Shown: piece after piece, positions 1 through 13,458 of the stretch
How positions within the stretch are numbered: position 1 is the first letter of the stretch
How the letters are laid out: the number at the start of each line of letters is the position of its first letter
From: Lama guanicoe
Taxonomy: Eukaryota
Length of the DNA stretch: 64,000 bases
Assembly (NCBI GenBank): GCA_013239625.1
Contig: MU053810.1
Location: 6,296,122-6,360,121, forward strand
Direction: 5' to 3'
Program-made: the position numbers and the translations under genes
The notes under the pieces: generated by a model
Told to the model about the DNA's origin: nothing
The model's database searches: none
What the model saw: the letters and a program-made list of their open reading frames with translations, nothing else

Positions 1-1612
1 CCTGTTTTAAAACAGCCTGAGAGGACACCAATGATCCCCATTCTTGGTTGGTTTATTTTTGCCAAATTTGCCAAACAAAAGTGTCCTTGCCAACAGAATG
101 AGTCTCATTTTGGGTGCTGGGGACCAGATATGTGTCCTTGTCAGGCTCTCACCTTTCAAAGGAGGAAGGCGCCCCCTGCCCAGCTCAAGGGACTTGCGCT
201 CACTTGTCACCCACCTTTACGGGGAAATAACTCACCTTGGGCCTCACTCCAGGTGGTGACACTTAGCAATACTTAGAGAAAATTCGACCAGGGCAAATAC
301 CATTATGGAGGCTTGCTTGAAGACTGTCTAGTCCAGCCACCCCCCCGAAACCATCTAAGAGTTATTTTTGCATTAAGCAAGATCATCTTTCTAGTTAAAC
401 TGCCTTTTTCCAGGATGGGTTTGGAGAAGATTCCATAAAATAGTTGTCAATTGCATTGTTTCACTTCCAAGCGCCCTGTTTCTCTCGTTAGCCATCTGCC
501 TCTCTAAAGTGTGTAAGGCAATTCAGTTTACTTTGGACAATTCTACAAACAACAGCTTATGGCCTGGGTGCTGTGAACATGGTTCATACCTCATACACAG
601 ATCCGAGGAAGGACCCATTCTGTGGTCTTATCCAGTTGACCAAATATTTGCTTGTTCCTATGGGGTCAAACCCATCACCTCTTTGTGTAGTCTACTTAGA
701 AAGCTTACAGCCAAACTGGTGGACCGTTTCCAAAACTCACAGGACCTTGGGGTATTTCTGCTTCCCTCTAATTTCTCACTTTCTCATTTCCCTCTGTCAA
801 GGTTTCCCTCACATACTCTTTTAACAGTTGGAATTTTTTCTACCAGTTGGGTTTTTCCAGCGTGGCCCGCTGGCTCTGGCCACTGCCTCCTGCGGGAGAT
901 AGATGAAGCCAGGTGGGAAGTCACTGATTTGTGACACTTAAGTTGGGAATCTGTTCAAAATGAAAAATGAAGTCTTTGACCTTTCCAGCCTGCTTATGTT
1001 TAATCATACACAGTGCTCTTTTAAAGCTATAACTAGGTCCAACCAATGCTGCACCATTAGTTACAGAGTTTGGTTTCTGAGTTAGGGGGGTGATAATTCA
1101 CAATTAAATTCTGAGGCAAATTGTACAAAAGGAGGTCACTAACGAGTTCTGGAGTTTTTTAAAAGCTGTATATCTAGAGGTTACCCCATGAAATGTCAAA
1201 AATAAGCAATAATACTTTTTAATTTTCATGTTTCCTTTTTGTTCTCCAAACAAAAAGATTGCATTTAACCTCCCCAAGGGATCAATTACTGGGTAAAAAC
1301 CGAGAATTGGGACAAGAACCACAACGAAGCACCTCTTGGGAATCAGGAGGTTCTGCCGGGTAAAGCAACATTAATTGGTTTTCTAGATGAGTGAGCATTA
1401 GAAGCAATGTGACTTCAGAGAAAAAAAGCACATAATGGGTTTTATTATATTCTTACCCATGGAGAATGCAGAAAACTAGGTATAGGCTTAAAGAAATATA
1501 ATCTTAGGTAAATAATTTTCAATTTGGAAATCAATTTTAACAGGACATCATAAGGGTCAGCAGATCTAGTCCCTGTTTTCAGTCAACATTGAGCCGACCC
1601 GCACGTGCTCAC

Positions 1613-1762
1613 CTTTGCCCTCCACATGAGCCAGAGCTTAAAAACATCGACGTGGCGCCCACACTGTAAGGCCTTGTCTCCGGTGTCGTAGGACAGGTCG
1701 TAGTGTTTATCTTGCTGAAAGAGGTAGGAAGCATGCATCTGGTTGCAACTTTGCATCAGTCC
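1613..1762 (-). CDS. GAD2: GAD2 exon 13 (150 nt): [50 protein letters not shown]
   Basis: Acceptor TCTCCTAG|GGA, donor AAG|GTGAGC; includes the catalytic-loop region; no stop, so the gene continues beyond position 1. Confidence 0.98.
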
Positions 1763-3289
1763 CTAGGAGAGAAGAGAAAATTTAGGAAACTCTACTGACT
1801 TTATCAGGCATTCTATTAGACTTACGCTGTGGTGGAAATTAGTAAGGAGAAAACAAAAAAGAATGAAAGAGGCATTGAATCTCCTAAAGAAAGAAAACAG
1901 TAAGAATCAAAGATGAAAAAAAATTAAGGCCAATATCTGGGCAGGATGGGCTGTTGTAATAGATCAATTCTATGGGCGAAATGGCTCAGGGTCAAATGTT
2001 ACCAGAGGTTAACAACAGGGTATGATTATACTTTTATTCTCCTTCTTAAGAGAAGGCATTTATTAAAAAAATCAAAATCAGAGTATAATGTTCATTGGGA
2101 GAATATCCTGATGTTCTGGTTTTGTTGTAATCAAACTATTTTGGAAACTCTTTGGTTTTATAAAATATTATTGGTGTGATTTTCTCTTTCATTCAGGTTT
2201 AGTTCAAGGACTTTGTCATTCAGCTGTAAAGGTTTGGGTTCTTTATGGAAATCACAGCTTTTAAGACAGTTCATTGCTCTCATTTCGATATGCTAAAATC
2301 TGAAAAAATAAAGACATAGCTACTCCGAGATGTCTTAAATAACGACTCTTTCAAACATCACGTTCCTCTCTCAAGAGTGATTAAAGCTTGAGTACTGGGT
2401 TTTCATACTCAGTTGCTTACGGCAGTTCCAGTGGAAAGTTTCATTGTCAATGACCATGAATTTGCCCCAGCACCGCAAGCTTACTGTGGAAAATGGGTAG
2501 CAAAGTGACTGAACTATTCCAAAGAACAGGGAATGAATCATGCTCTCTGACTCAAATAGCATCACCAGTCTCACCACGTTTCAGTCTGTCATGAACCACA
2601 GGAAGTCTTTGTCGCTTTTGTTACCTACAGTGTAATTGTGATTTTACAGAAGCTTTGGCATTTTTTTTTCCCTTTTGTGACTCACAACAAGAAGCAAAGA
2701 CTAGAGTGTGGTCACTCAGTTGAAGTTAGAAGTGAAAACTCTTTTAAACGTTATCTAAACTAAAACAAAATGCAAGTAAAATTGGATCTCGGTCCTGATA
2801 GCCCACATCCACAGGTGGAAGACAACAGAACTGGGCTCAGTCTTGTGATTTGGGCTTCATGTTTGGTGGAATCCATTACATTAACTTTTTGAGACTAACA
2901 GAAATTAAATACAATATAATTGTAATAGAGCAGTAGGATGACATTGAATTGGAAAACAAAAATTCACTTGAAGACAGTAAGACTGAAAACTGCCACAGGT
3001 GCATCTATTTCATTTCATGGTCACAGAAACTTGGCACCGTTTTCGTCCCAGCCACGCAGGCCCATGACCAGGTGCCATCAGTCCTAAGGGAGACCACCCC
3101 AGAGAGTGTGGAATGATGCATAGACTAGGATCAGAAAAGCAGCTCAAAGCACATGACCTCTAAAAGGTTGGACAGTACCAGCCTCATCGTACAAAAGGAC
3201 AAGTCAAAGTCACAGAAAGGGCCTTGGTGAGATAATATCCTGAGCCATTAAATCCCAAATGATTTTAAATACATTAACAGCTACTGGTA

Positions 3290-3685
3290 AAACAGGTGCT
3301 GTCAAAGAAATCCCCCTGGTCAAATGAACTTAGGAAACTATCATAAATACCTTCTTTTGAGATATTCATAATATACACCAGCAATTAAAGGCTGTGATAA
3401 ACCCTGAAGTAATGAAAGTTGTTTTTAACTCTTTAATCTAATATATCCCAAGCTTTTTTTATTTTTTATTTTATTTTATTTTTTGGGGGGGTAATTAGGT
3501 TTTTATTTGTTTATTTATTTTAATGGAGGTACTGGGGATTGAACCCAGGACCTCGTGCATGCTGAGCACACACTCTACCACTGAGCTATACCCTATCCCC
3601 CCCAAGCTTTTTAAAAACTAAGAACCCTCTTATCACAGAAACTTAATACAATCCTATTCCTTGGACCCTGATAAGGGAAATGCTG
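3290..3685. mobile_element. hAT-Charlie-type DNA transposon relic interrupted by the SINE at 3459-3600
   Basis: TGGTCAAATGAACTTAGGAAAC, ATTAAAGGCTGTGATAAACCCTGAAGTAATGAAA and a GGGAAATGCTG end; subfamily uncertain. Confidence 0.45.
3459..3600 (-). mobile_element. tRNA-Ala-derived SINE (camelid Vic-1-like)
   Basis: A box TAGCTCAGTGG, B box GGTTCAATCC, CTAATTACCCC/A-rich tail; TSD CCCAAGCTTTTT at 3447-3458 and 3601-3612. Confidence 0.9.
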
Positions 3686-4534
3686 TCAGAGCATCATGAA
3701 CTCTTGGATTTGGAAGGGAGCCTAGAGCTCTTAATCTATTCCTTCCCCATCTATCTCTCTATCCTGTTACTAATAAGTGGTTCTCCAATCTCCATTCATT
3801 TACATCCGTGATGAGGAATGTATTCATACATAAGTCATTCATTACCAGTTGGGCAGCTTAATTTTTAGAAAAGCATTCCTTTTGCTGTCCCCCAAGTCAG
3901 ATCTCAAATCACGGTAATTCTGATTGTGCCATCAAAGCTGTACCACCCAGCTCCCTGAAACCTCAAGGAAAAAAAACTCTCTGATCCGAGTGTCATTTAT
4001 ACTGTGAAGGCTGCCATCCTCTCAGCCCTTTAATTTTTTATTTTTTTTAGATTAAACATCTTCAGCTCTTTCAACCACCTTACTTCCATGTTTAGTAATG
4101 TTCTTCACTGTTTGAGTCCTAGCTTGATGGGGTCCCTGATGAGATTTGGCACTAACTTAAGTGAAGCACTCCAGGTGTGGTTTAACCAGAGGACAGTGGG
4201 GGGTGACCACCTCCCTCATCCTGAAACTGCATGTCTTTTTTATCCCACTACTATTTTTTGAATGGTATTTCTCTCTGGACCCACTATTGACCCTGCAGAA
4301 TACATCTCAGGCCTTTTTCACAAGGACGACAATTTGGCCATGCGTGAAGCATGCCTGTCTTGTCTGGTCAAAATATAAGCATCCTATATTTGCACGTAAG
4401 AGCAGGACCTTACACTTATCCTCGTTGACAATTTCCCCTTTTTGGATGTGGCTCACCGTTCCAGTCCGTCACTACCCACATTTACGCTATCAAATCCCAC
4501 CGGTGGACCAGGCTGCTAGTCAGGAGAGACATAC

Positions 4535-4613
4535 CTCTTCCCTGACCAGGAGAGCAGAGCACTGCAGAGGGACGCCCATCATCTTATGTGGATTCCACGT
4601 CACAGAGTTGGCC
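4535..4613 (-). CDS. GAD2: GAD2 exon 12 (79 nt): [26 protein letters not shown], with the PLP Schiff-base lysine (codon 4583-4585)
   Basis: Acceptor CTTTAG|G, donor GAG|GTATGT; NPHK motif (human K396, K398 here). Confidence 0.98.
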
Positions 4614-6379
4614 CTAAAGGAACAAATCACGTTACTAGGGTGGCACTTGTGACAGGCTCAGACTACCAAGACCCTGTGCATGGGCAACACCACTGAGGAT
4701 TCTTGGCACTGTTTCTTAGACTCCAGTGTGACATTAATTTACAGGACAAAAAGTGGACTCAAATCTACAACCTTTTGTTTGTCTGCAGAGACAATAGGTG
4801 AGGGCTAGTGTCTCCATGCGGTGTCCCCTGAGCTGAGGAATCCATTCAGCCTCCACGGTGGTCTGGGAGCTTCTTTGGGTGACTGGGATCGTCCAGTCCA
4901 AGGTCCATCCTTTGGCCACCATGGAGCAGAGCACCAGGCAGGTGGCCTCAGGTGCCTCCACCATTCCTGCTTCTGACCCAAATGCAGTGCCCTGGAGTGC
5001 AGAGCTGTGGCTCTTCCCACTGCTTAAGTTTTGTTCTTTCCCCAACCCACTTCCTTCTTCTTCCCATTCAACTGATTACCAAATGTTTCAAATGTGTCCT
5101 TTCATCACAGCTTCCAGCTTATCCCCTGCTTCCATCTCTTTTCTAATCCACAGATAGCCTTCTGGACTGCAGGGGAGAGATGCTGTGGCTCCTTCAGCAA
5201 TTTTCAATCTATTTTGTCCCGACGTACTTGAGAACTAGAGTGCTCTCCATCAGTAATAGTGATTCTCAGCTCAGGGACTGAATCTATTTGAAAAGCCTAA
5301 ACCACAGCCCTGGTTTAGATTTCTTTAATAATAATAATTACTGTTATTATTTTAATCCAGATACACTGTCTTAACTGATGCTTGGTTTCCATTGCATCCT
5401 CCACCTGGGACTAGAGTTATTTTCCAGCTCTGTTTATGGTTCTCTCCTCTTTCCTTCCACCTCCAGCCTAAATTCCAAACTGTAGAGGGTAGCTCATGGT
5501 GTCCACCCAGGTAAGCCCCAGGCCATGTGTCTCATCTTGAGTCCTGTCACTTTCCATCACACCAGAGGACACTGTGTTCTCAGAACATTCTATTCTCATG
5601 CACCTGGGTCTCCTAATGCTATTTCCTCTTCATGGAATGTCATCTCCCGTCAGTTCACTTGCTAATTTAATCCTACTTATTCTTAAAGGCCAATCAAGTA
5701 TATCTCTGCAGCCTTCTTCAACTTCCTTCAACTTCTCCAACCTCTCCAAGCCCCTCCTCCTCCAGTGCCCGGGGAAAGCGGCTGCTCACGTTGCAGGAGT
5801 CTCTGTGTACGTCTTCGAAGAGACTGAGGGTTCCTTGAGGATGAAGCTTGGGAACGTGACCTTGACATGAACAGACTCACAGGAGAAGGAACGTAGCGGG
5901 GCGATCCGTGGCAGCCGCCTCCAGAGTGCCCTGCATGGCTGCCCCTTTGCTGGCTGAACGGCAGATCGGGGCTCCCCTGCTGCCCGCACTCAAGGTGGGA
6001 GGACCTTGGGAAGAAAGGAGATGCTGGGGAAGAGCCCATTCATCTAGCTGATGAACAGCAGGCATCAGCTGACTGGTCCGAGAACACTTACTGGCCTGGG
6101 GATCTTATCTAAATCGATGGATAGTCCAGCTCATTGCTGGTCTTCCCTGAGCTTTGACGCTGGCTGTCAGATAGGGTGAAAGCGGGGAAAGAAGCAAAGG
6201 CAGTTCATGGCCAGGTGGCTACACCCCTGGAAAGAGGACTAAGACTTCCTGAATAATAATGGAACTGGTATTAAAAAGCTCCTTCCAGGAAAACATCTCC
6301 CTGCTCTTTAGAATGACCCTGGAGTCAAGAAACCTGGGTTCTGAGCAATAGGTAAATAGTGGTTCAGGGAGCGGAGCTC

Positions 6380-6555
6380 GGGAGTCAGACAGTCTACGTC
6401 TGCATGCAGGTTCTGTCACTTCCTAGCTGTGTGACCTTGAGCAGGTTGCTTAACCTCTCTGTGCCTAGCTTTGTAAAAATAACAGAATAATAATCATTTG
6501 GGTAAAGTGCTTATAACTGCATCCAGCACACAGTAAACATTAAATAAGGTCGGCT
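6380..6555 (+). mobile_element. MIR SINE
   Basis: Core CACTTCCTAGCTGTGTGACCTTGAGCAGGTTGCTTAACCTCTCTGTGCCT. Confidence 0.8.
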
Positions 6556-7833
6556 CTTGATACTGATTTCAACTGTCATTTACGACCTTTGTGACACTGG
6601 GCACATACACCGCCATTCTATACATTCTATAATATCCTATCACTCTGTGCCCGATCCTGAGGAAACGCAGCTTTATCAGGCATGACACCTGATGCAGAAG
6701 AGAGTAGCTTTCTCCACGCCTCTAACTGAGGGTGTTTATTCCTATGCAGCGACCAGTTTGTCTTTTTAGACTAGAAGCTGCCAAGGCCCACACTGATCCC
6801 GTCACCGAATTCTCTCATAAAGATGCAAAAAGACACGCAGACTGATTCAACAACATGGCCTTAGTTTATCTGAGAAATGTTGGCAATTTGTGAAAAACAG
6901 CCTCAGGTTCATTCCAAAATGTTTTGCCATGGGATTCAGTCATGTGGCCTCTGATTTTCCATAAATTGGAGAGAGCTGAGTCCCCTGGGGCCATTCTGAG
7001 ATGTATCTTTGTGCAGTCTCTTGCACCTCAAACTCAGCAGCCCTGACATGAACTCAGTAACTCGCCCCCCTCCTGGTCCTTCTGGATCTGTCCTCTCTCC
7101 TCTATCCTGGGCCTCAATTCCTCACACCCCTTTCTTCCCAAGCATTCGGCTCCCAAACCTTAGTGTTTTGGTTTCATTCTCTTTTCTTCCCCTCTCCTGA
7201 TACCACTCCTTGTTGTTCTTTTTTTTTTTATTCTGCATAAAATATATTATTCTGTAGTACTTTGGTGCTAGATTTTCTGTGTGTGTGTGTGGATGGTGTA
7301 TGGGAATCACTTGGAAAATATTGAGCATTCACATGCTAACTACAATTATTAAGTACTTACTATATGACACTCACTGTTCTAACTGATTCACATGCATTAA
7401 CTTATCTATTCCTTACAGCGGTAACCCCAGGAGGTACTTCCTGTTATTGTACCAATAACAGTTTTATAGATGGCCAGACATCTTTCCCAAGGGCATACAA
7501 CCAGCAAGTAGGATTCAAAACGTTGCCTGTGTACCGAGTGCTTGCTCTGACAATGGCCTAATGCCACACGTATTCACTCTAAACCCTGGAGAGTCTGCGA
7601 TGTTTCCTTGGGATGTGACCAGTATATGCATATTGAAAAATTCCCCAGGCAGTCTGGATAAATCCCCACGATGATGGCGCTAGATTTTTGATGGAACTTT
7701 TGAGAAAGATATTTTCTATACAAGCTAATGCTAGCTCAATCAAAGACCTCTACAAACATATGTCCCTTACGCTTTTCAACATAATACACAAAACTGTAAA
7801 ATCTGTCCAGGAAGGAACTCTCTGGAATTTCTT

Positions 7834-7874
7834 TTTTTGGGGGGGGGGTAATTAGTTTTCTATACTCTCCTGCA
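7834..7874 (-). mobile_element. Internally deleted mini-copy of the same SINE
   Basis: Head GGAGAGTATAG joined to tail AAAACTAATTACCCCCCCCCCAAAAA; TSD TGGAATTTCTT at 7823-7833 and 7875-7885. Confidence 0.7.
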
Positions 7875-10800
7875 TGGAATTTCTTAAAGTATTGGAAAGT
7901 ACAGCAAAGCAAAAGAAAGCATTGCATACAAGGAGTGTTTAAGCATTTTGTAACACATGGTGTTCCAGTGTAATCCAGTGCGGCTTTTCTACATAAACAC
8001 ACACAAAATATTTCAGAAGCACGTGAGGTAAGCCGAAGCACGGGCACTCCACCACGTGGAAGAGCGGGTCTCTGTGATGGCGCGTCCTCTTCTGCGGGAG
8101 CAACGCTCCTGGGTTCCTCTGCCCCGCTCCCCCCCTGCTCCCCGCCCTCAGCGTCTCTGCCCTCCACTTGCTCACTCGCACCCGGACATCTGTGATGCCT
8201 TGACAGCCTCTTGCCAGGCCCGGCTTCCATGGACTCTTGAATCCAGAGCTGTCTTTCCAAAGCGCAGGTAATCCCGCCCTTTTCCGCAAACCCCCGCTAC
8301 GGCTGTCACGGCAGGGCCTTTCCTTTTTGCGTTCCTCAACCCAAGAAATGTAACGCTCTCCATGTATTAAGTGGCCCACACAGCAGTGATGTTCAGCTCA
8401 GGGATTCACGCTGACCCTGACTTGGCTCTGGGGAAGGCCCTCCACGGACACTCACGGGCAGGACTTCTGGACGCTCCCCTGGCTTCCTAGTCACCGCCAC
8501 GAATCCATCCCGGTTTCCAACCAGACTTGTCTGAACTTTCTCCAAGGACCCTCTCAAACCTCCGCGTTCCTGCTCTTCACCTTAACGCCCTCCTTCCACG
8601 GCTCAATGCCCACCCTGGGGGCAGTCCCTTCCTGTAATAACCTTGTTTAGAAAGAATGAGACCGTCTTCTGTGCCGTCCAGCTCGCTTGTCTCTCTCTTG
8701 AGCCTTTACTTCCTCCGCCTTGAATTAAACCCCTTGCTGACTGCAGTCTTCTCTACTAGATTCTAAACTCCTTGAAGACACGCCTCATACCATGCTTGAC
8801 GTGCGCTCAGCGTGCCTGCTGCTGTGACTTGCAAATGACAGAGGCTCAGGGACCAGTGAACTGAGTTTCTGAACCCCTGGCTCACGGGCGGAGTGAGGGC
8901 AATACTTGGTAATTTGGCAGAATTGGGCTCCAGGTGTGTGTGCTGTTTTATTAAGAGGAGAGCTCTCTGGGATCCCTGTGACCACTGGGCACTTCTGGAT
9001 TTGGTGACAAGAATCAAGCATGGATTTCCTCCACTTTAGAGTGAGTCCTAGTACTTGGGACAACGCCAAACCCCCCAACTGAGTCAAATTTCTTTCCTCA
9101 GTGTGGGCCCGGGCTCATTCCGCAGGGGGTCTCCACTGCTCTACCATCCCATTCACCACAGAGAGAATGCCTTTTGCTAAGACGTCACCAAGATGGATTC
9201 TGTCTGGTAAGTGGATGGCTGAGGGGATTTGGCTCAAAGCACAATGACCACAGTTCCTTATTTTTTAGGACTTGCTGTTTGGCTGTTCCACTTAGCAGAT
9301 TTAGTTACAATAAAATTTCAAGAACTGTGGCAGTTAGATCTCTGTGTTCCATGGTGAATGTTCTAAGCTTCGCTCTCAAATAATAGTCTTCAGTACAAAA
9401 GCGTGTGGGTGTTTACTTTTCCAAGGCCCAGGGTAGGGGATTTAGTGAGGTTTCAAATACTCCCTGGTGGAGGGTGATTTGTGGCTGGCTTTCGGCACTC
9501 GGGAGTCACAGCTGGCGTGAAAGCTCTAGTAACAGGCCAACCAGAAAGGGCCTCCAAGAAAAGAAGGTTCTGTGTACAGGCCACGTCTCTCGAGAGCACA
9601 TCAATTTAATTCTTGTTCTGATCCTCTGAACAGGCACCTTCTAAATGGTTCTCTCTTCATCATCTCTCACTGTTTAGTTCACTGCGTCCACCTTAAGCTT
9701 CTGGTTTCAAGGAATTCAGCCCAAAGGATGAGAAGCTGAGACCTAAAATTGTCTCCATCCACTCACACCTAAATGGGTACCTGCTATCCGAGCAGGGACC
9801 GCAGGCTGCGGGACGGTCCCCCTCTGACACGGGCCTTAGCTGATCTGCCTCCAGCCTTCTTTCCAATGATGAGGCAGGTGCCCTAGACTCTGCCACTGTA
9901 ACCCCAGCCCCCCCTTCCACACCCACGGGTTCCCTGTGCATGTAGGCCTGGATATGATACAGCACACCCAGCGTGTTCATTCTGGCCTGACTGCCCAGTG
10001 TGAGCAGGGCTCACAGAGCTTCCCAGCTCCACCAGCCCCTCTCCTCGCCTTGGAACAGAAATTGCGCCAGGATGTCCAGAGGCAGAGCCAGTGGGAGACT
10101 CTTTCTGGGCAGCATCTGGCTACTTGGCAGGGCACGGTAGGCACTTGGCAGCCTCGGATGAATTCGGGCTTTCTCCGTTGCCTGGAGTGTCAGAGCTGAC
10201 CGCTGTCCCTGACCTGCCGTGTTGTGATGGGAGGACCAGGAGCTCTGAGCTGTCTCTGCACATGGTCCAGAACCCAAGCCTGAAGCTGATATTTGCATCC
10301 TGTCATTTTTTTCTTTTTCCTTTGGACCCAAGTCTGCTTTTTGTGAATCAAAGATTATGTCCTTCGGGGTTTGCCGCTCTTCTCAATGGTCTAATGCTTA
10401 GTCTCTGAATAAAAGGTGCTCTGAAACACCAACCAGAGCTATACCAGAAAAAAATTACCATGGGGATGACACCATCCAATGATGGCATCACAAGCATTCT
10501 TCCCTTTAAGTAAACTGGCCATATTGAACCCCAAGCCCCACTTTCAACACTGATCAATTATAAGGTGCTTATTTACTTTGCAAAATTACTTATTGGTTTC
10601 TTTAAAGCAGTGGGCATCTTCCTCTTACGAAACATGAAAGCTATCGATCTCCCTAGAAAACAGCCTGAAGTTTTAAAGTTTTGGTAGCTGGTTCAGAGAT
10701 CCCAGGAAGGTCATTCAGGAATCATCTGGCCAACAGCGGATGCCAGTTAGGAAGCTCGGTGCTCGAGAGACATCCCACTTGGGTTGCCTGATGCGGGGTT

Positions 10801-10979
10801 TGGTTTCTTCTTGTTGTCTACACACAGTACTCGTGCACATATGACCACACAAGGCAAGGCACACAGCACGGCGCAGAATGGGCTCACCTGTACACCAGCA
10901 GTTCTCAAAAACCCGGTATAATTTGCTTTTCACATTTAGCTTTCACACTTTACTCTGTTAACGAGAAAAATGTGGGTAC

Positions 10980-11044
10980 CTTTCCACGCCGCTCAGTTTC
11001 CACTTGTGCTTCCGGGACATCAGTAATCCCCCACCCCAAGCTGC
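10980..11044 (-). CDS. GAD2: GAD2 exon 11 (65 nt): AAWGGGLLMSRKHKWKLSGVER
   Basis: Acceptor TTTTCAG|GCA, donor AAG|GTACCC; completes the HVDAAWGG motif of group II PLP decarboxylases. Confidence 0.97.
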
Positions 11045-11539
11045 CTGAAAAAGGGAGAGCATACAGAGAAAAGGTAGTGTTTGTTCATTGCCTGGGTTTC
11101 TAGAGTTTAGTGGCTTCAGAGTTTCTGGGGGTGAAAGTTACGTCCTCAACCCTAGGAAACTTAGAGGGTTGGCCCCCTTCTCTGGCACTAGACTTCCAAA
11201 GGCTAAACTGGGGGCTATTTTAAGGTCTCAGGCTCCACCCCACGTTTACATGGGTGTCAGGCTCCAAATTGGGGGCACGTTTCCTGATCTGCACGAGAAG
11301 GAGGTAGATTCCCTCCCAACCATCAGCTCCGCTCTCAGTCCTAGTGAAGCTCATACTCTTAGAATTAGAAACCCTACTATCTCCACAGTTTAAGGTACAG
11401 AAGATGGGGCTGGGACCCTTTAAACATCTTCCATATTGGAAGGAAAACTCTTTTTGACAAATCTGAATGATTCCAGAGGGAGGAAGCACCTTCATAATCC
11501 TATTTGACTGATGTATAATTTTGGATAATATCTTTGTCA

Positions 11540-11609
11540 ATAAAACAAAAACAAAAACAAAAAACAAAACACAAACCCCCAAACAACAGACAAAACAAAA
11601 CAGACAGAC

Positions 11610-11646
<37 letters not shown>
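11540..11646. repeat. Degenerate (CAAAA)n followed by A36 (11611-11646)
   Basis: Seen directly. Confidence 0.95.
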
Positions 11647-11647
<1 letters not shown>

Positions 11648-11697
11648 CAGGAAAGATTTGTACTAGTTTTAGTTGAGCAATTAGAATGTGTCCCTTT

Positions 11698-11835
11698 TTA
11701 TGGCAGCTCACGGAGAAAAAAATGTGACAGTGAATACATATATGTTCATGTATAACTGAAAAATTGTGCTCTACACTGGAATTTGACACCACATTGTAAA
11801 ATGATTATAAATCAATAAAAAATGTTTAAAAAAAA
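11698..11835 (+). mobile_element. 5'-truncated young L1 3' end
   Basis: L1-type 3' terminus (...GACACCACATTGTAAAATGATTATAAATCAATAAAA, then A-tail); TSD AGAATGTGTCCCTTT at 11683-11697 and 11836-11850. Confidence 0.8.
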
Positions 11836-13458
11836 AGAATGTGTCCCTTTAAAAATTTGTACTCAAGTTTGAAGGTCTGAATTGGTGTAAAGATCTCCTT
11901 TAAAGATAGAATGTCAAGATGGAGATTCATTGAAAAATCTTGACATTCTTTGGGTGTAAAAATAATCTTGGGACAATTCTAAAGAAAAAAAAATGGGTAT
12001 AATTGCATTTTTTTCTTTGTTGTAATTTCAGTCCTTTTACACTTTGAAAAATTATTCAATTTTCCAAATGTGTAATATTTTAAGATTTTTTCTAGTTTAA
12101 TTACAGAATGTGTAAACATTGAGGATGAGTGGTAAACTTGTTATGTTTTGAAGAAAGCTAATGCAATTGGTTAAAAGATCTCCCGGTTCTATTTTTAGTA
12201 GACAGTCTGGAGGAGACACCATAGCATCTGCTGGCTCAGGAGATACACTGTTGCTTTTTTTTAGAGCTGTCAGGGTAACCCTCTTCCTGAATTAGCTAGT
12301 GAGATTTAACAGGCTCTCTAGTTCCAAGACCCAGGTCACTGAAGGTACTTGGGTTTGCCAACCTTTCTCAATGTCTTCCTGTGTAAAATGGGTCTCTGGT
12401 AGGCTAATGAGCAATGCACACTGCGAATCAGGGAAGGAAAAGAAGGTGGGTAACTGCTCTGCAGGCTGGCCAGCTCTGGGGTAATGGAAATTTACCTAGT
12501 TCAGCCAGGGGAGGTTTTCTGCCTATAAAGAAAGGGGAATTAATTTGGTCTGAATGCTTACTGTAAAGCCAAAATAATCTAACTCAGTCTACTCAGTGAC
12601 ATAAGCCTCTTGCACCAAAATGTAAATCAACTTATGCTTCCCTCGTCAAGAAAGTCTCACAACGAAAAACACGTCAGCTGAACCAAGCATTGTGCTTAGG
12701 CAATGACTTGGCACCGATTCCTCATCTCATCCTGGGTCCTTAACAGTTTGCAGACAGAAACTGATGTTTGAGCCATGCTTGGAGTAATAATACTGGTCTC
12801 AACCTAAATCTCTTTAATTTGTCCTTCTAAAAATGGATCTTTTTTTTTCATTTGAAAATGTCCTGGTGGGTACATCTCCATTATTTTTTTTTGGTGTGAC
12901 TAATCCTGGAGTCAAAATATCTCATATATAGTTTAGCTTACTAGCTACAAAGATAAAAAACTGGAAATTTGGTGACACATTTCCTAGCCAGTTGTCAAAT
13001 CAAACATACTAGTATCCGACTTGAGCTGAACTTTTTATCCCTTGGGTTTCCTGTATACATGCAACTCCTATTTACTCGTTCGATCATTCTCCTAGGGAGG
13101 TAAGCTTTGCATGTGTGTGACTGCGTGTGTGACCCTGTGTGTGTATGTACGTTGGCTATATTCCTCCGTGGACATTGTGGCCAGTGAACTGAGAACTAAG
13201 TGCTCAGCTCGGGAACTGGTCATAGAAATGAGAGTATTGTCCTTATTTGGGACTGTGAAGGCAGAATCAAGCCTCAGACTAGTGAATGTTATGTACTGTG
13301 AGTTGTCTACAAGTTTGTCTCTGTAATCTTTAAAAGCTTAACTATCACCATTCTGAAAATAAACCCCTAAAGTACAAAAGAGAATGAATTTCATCCCATG
13401 AGCTCCAGGTGAGAAAAGTGCAGGGACAGTTAAGGGGCTGGCCTGATGGGATACTTAC

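Noticed and set aside
167..184. CTCF-like GCAGGGGGCGCC on the minus strand
   Set aside because: The 5' part of the motif mismatches; cannot be supported without a PWM scan or ChIP data
11220..11792. 190-aa ORF with poly-Phe and the opposite-strand poly-Lys ORF
   Set aside because: Artefact of the A36/(CAAAA)n tract
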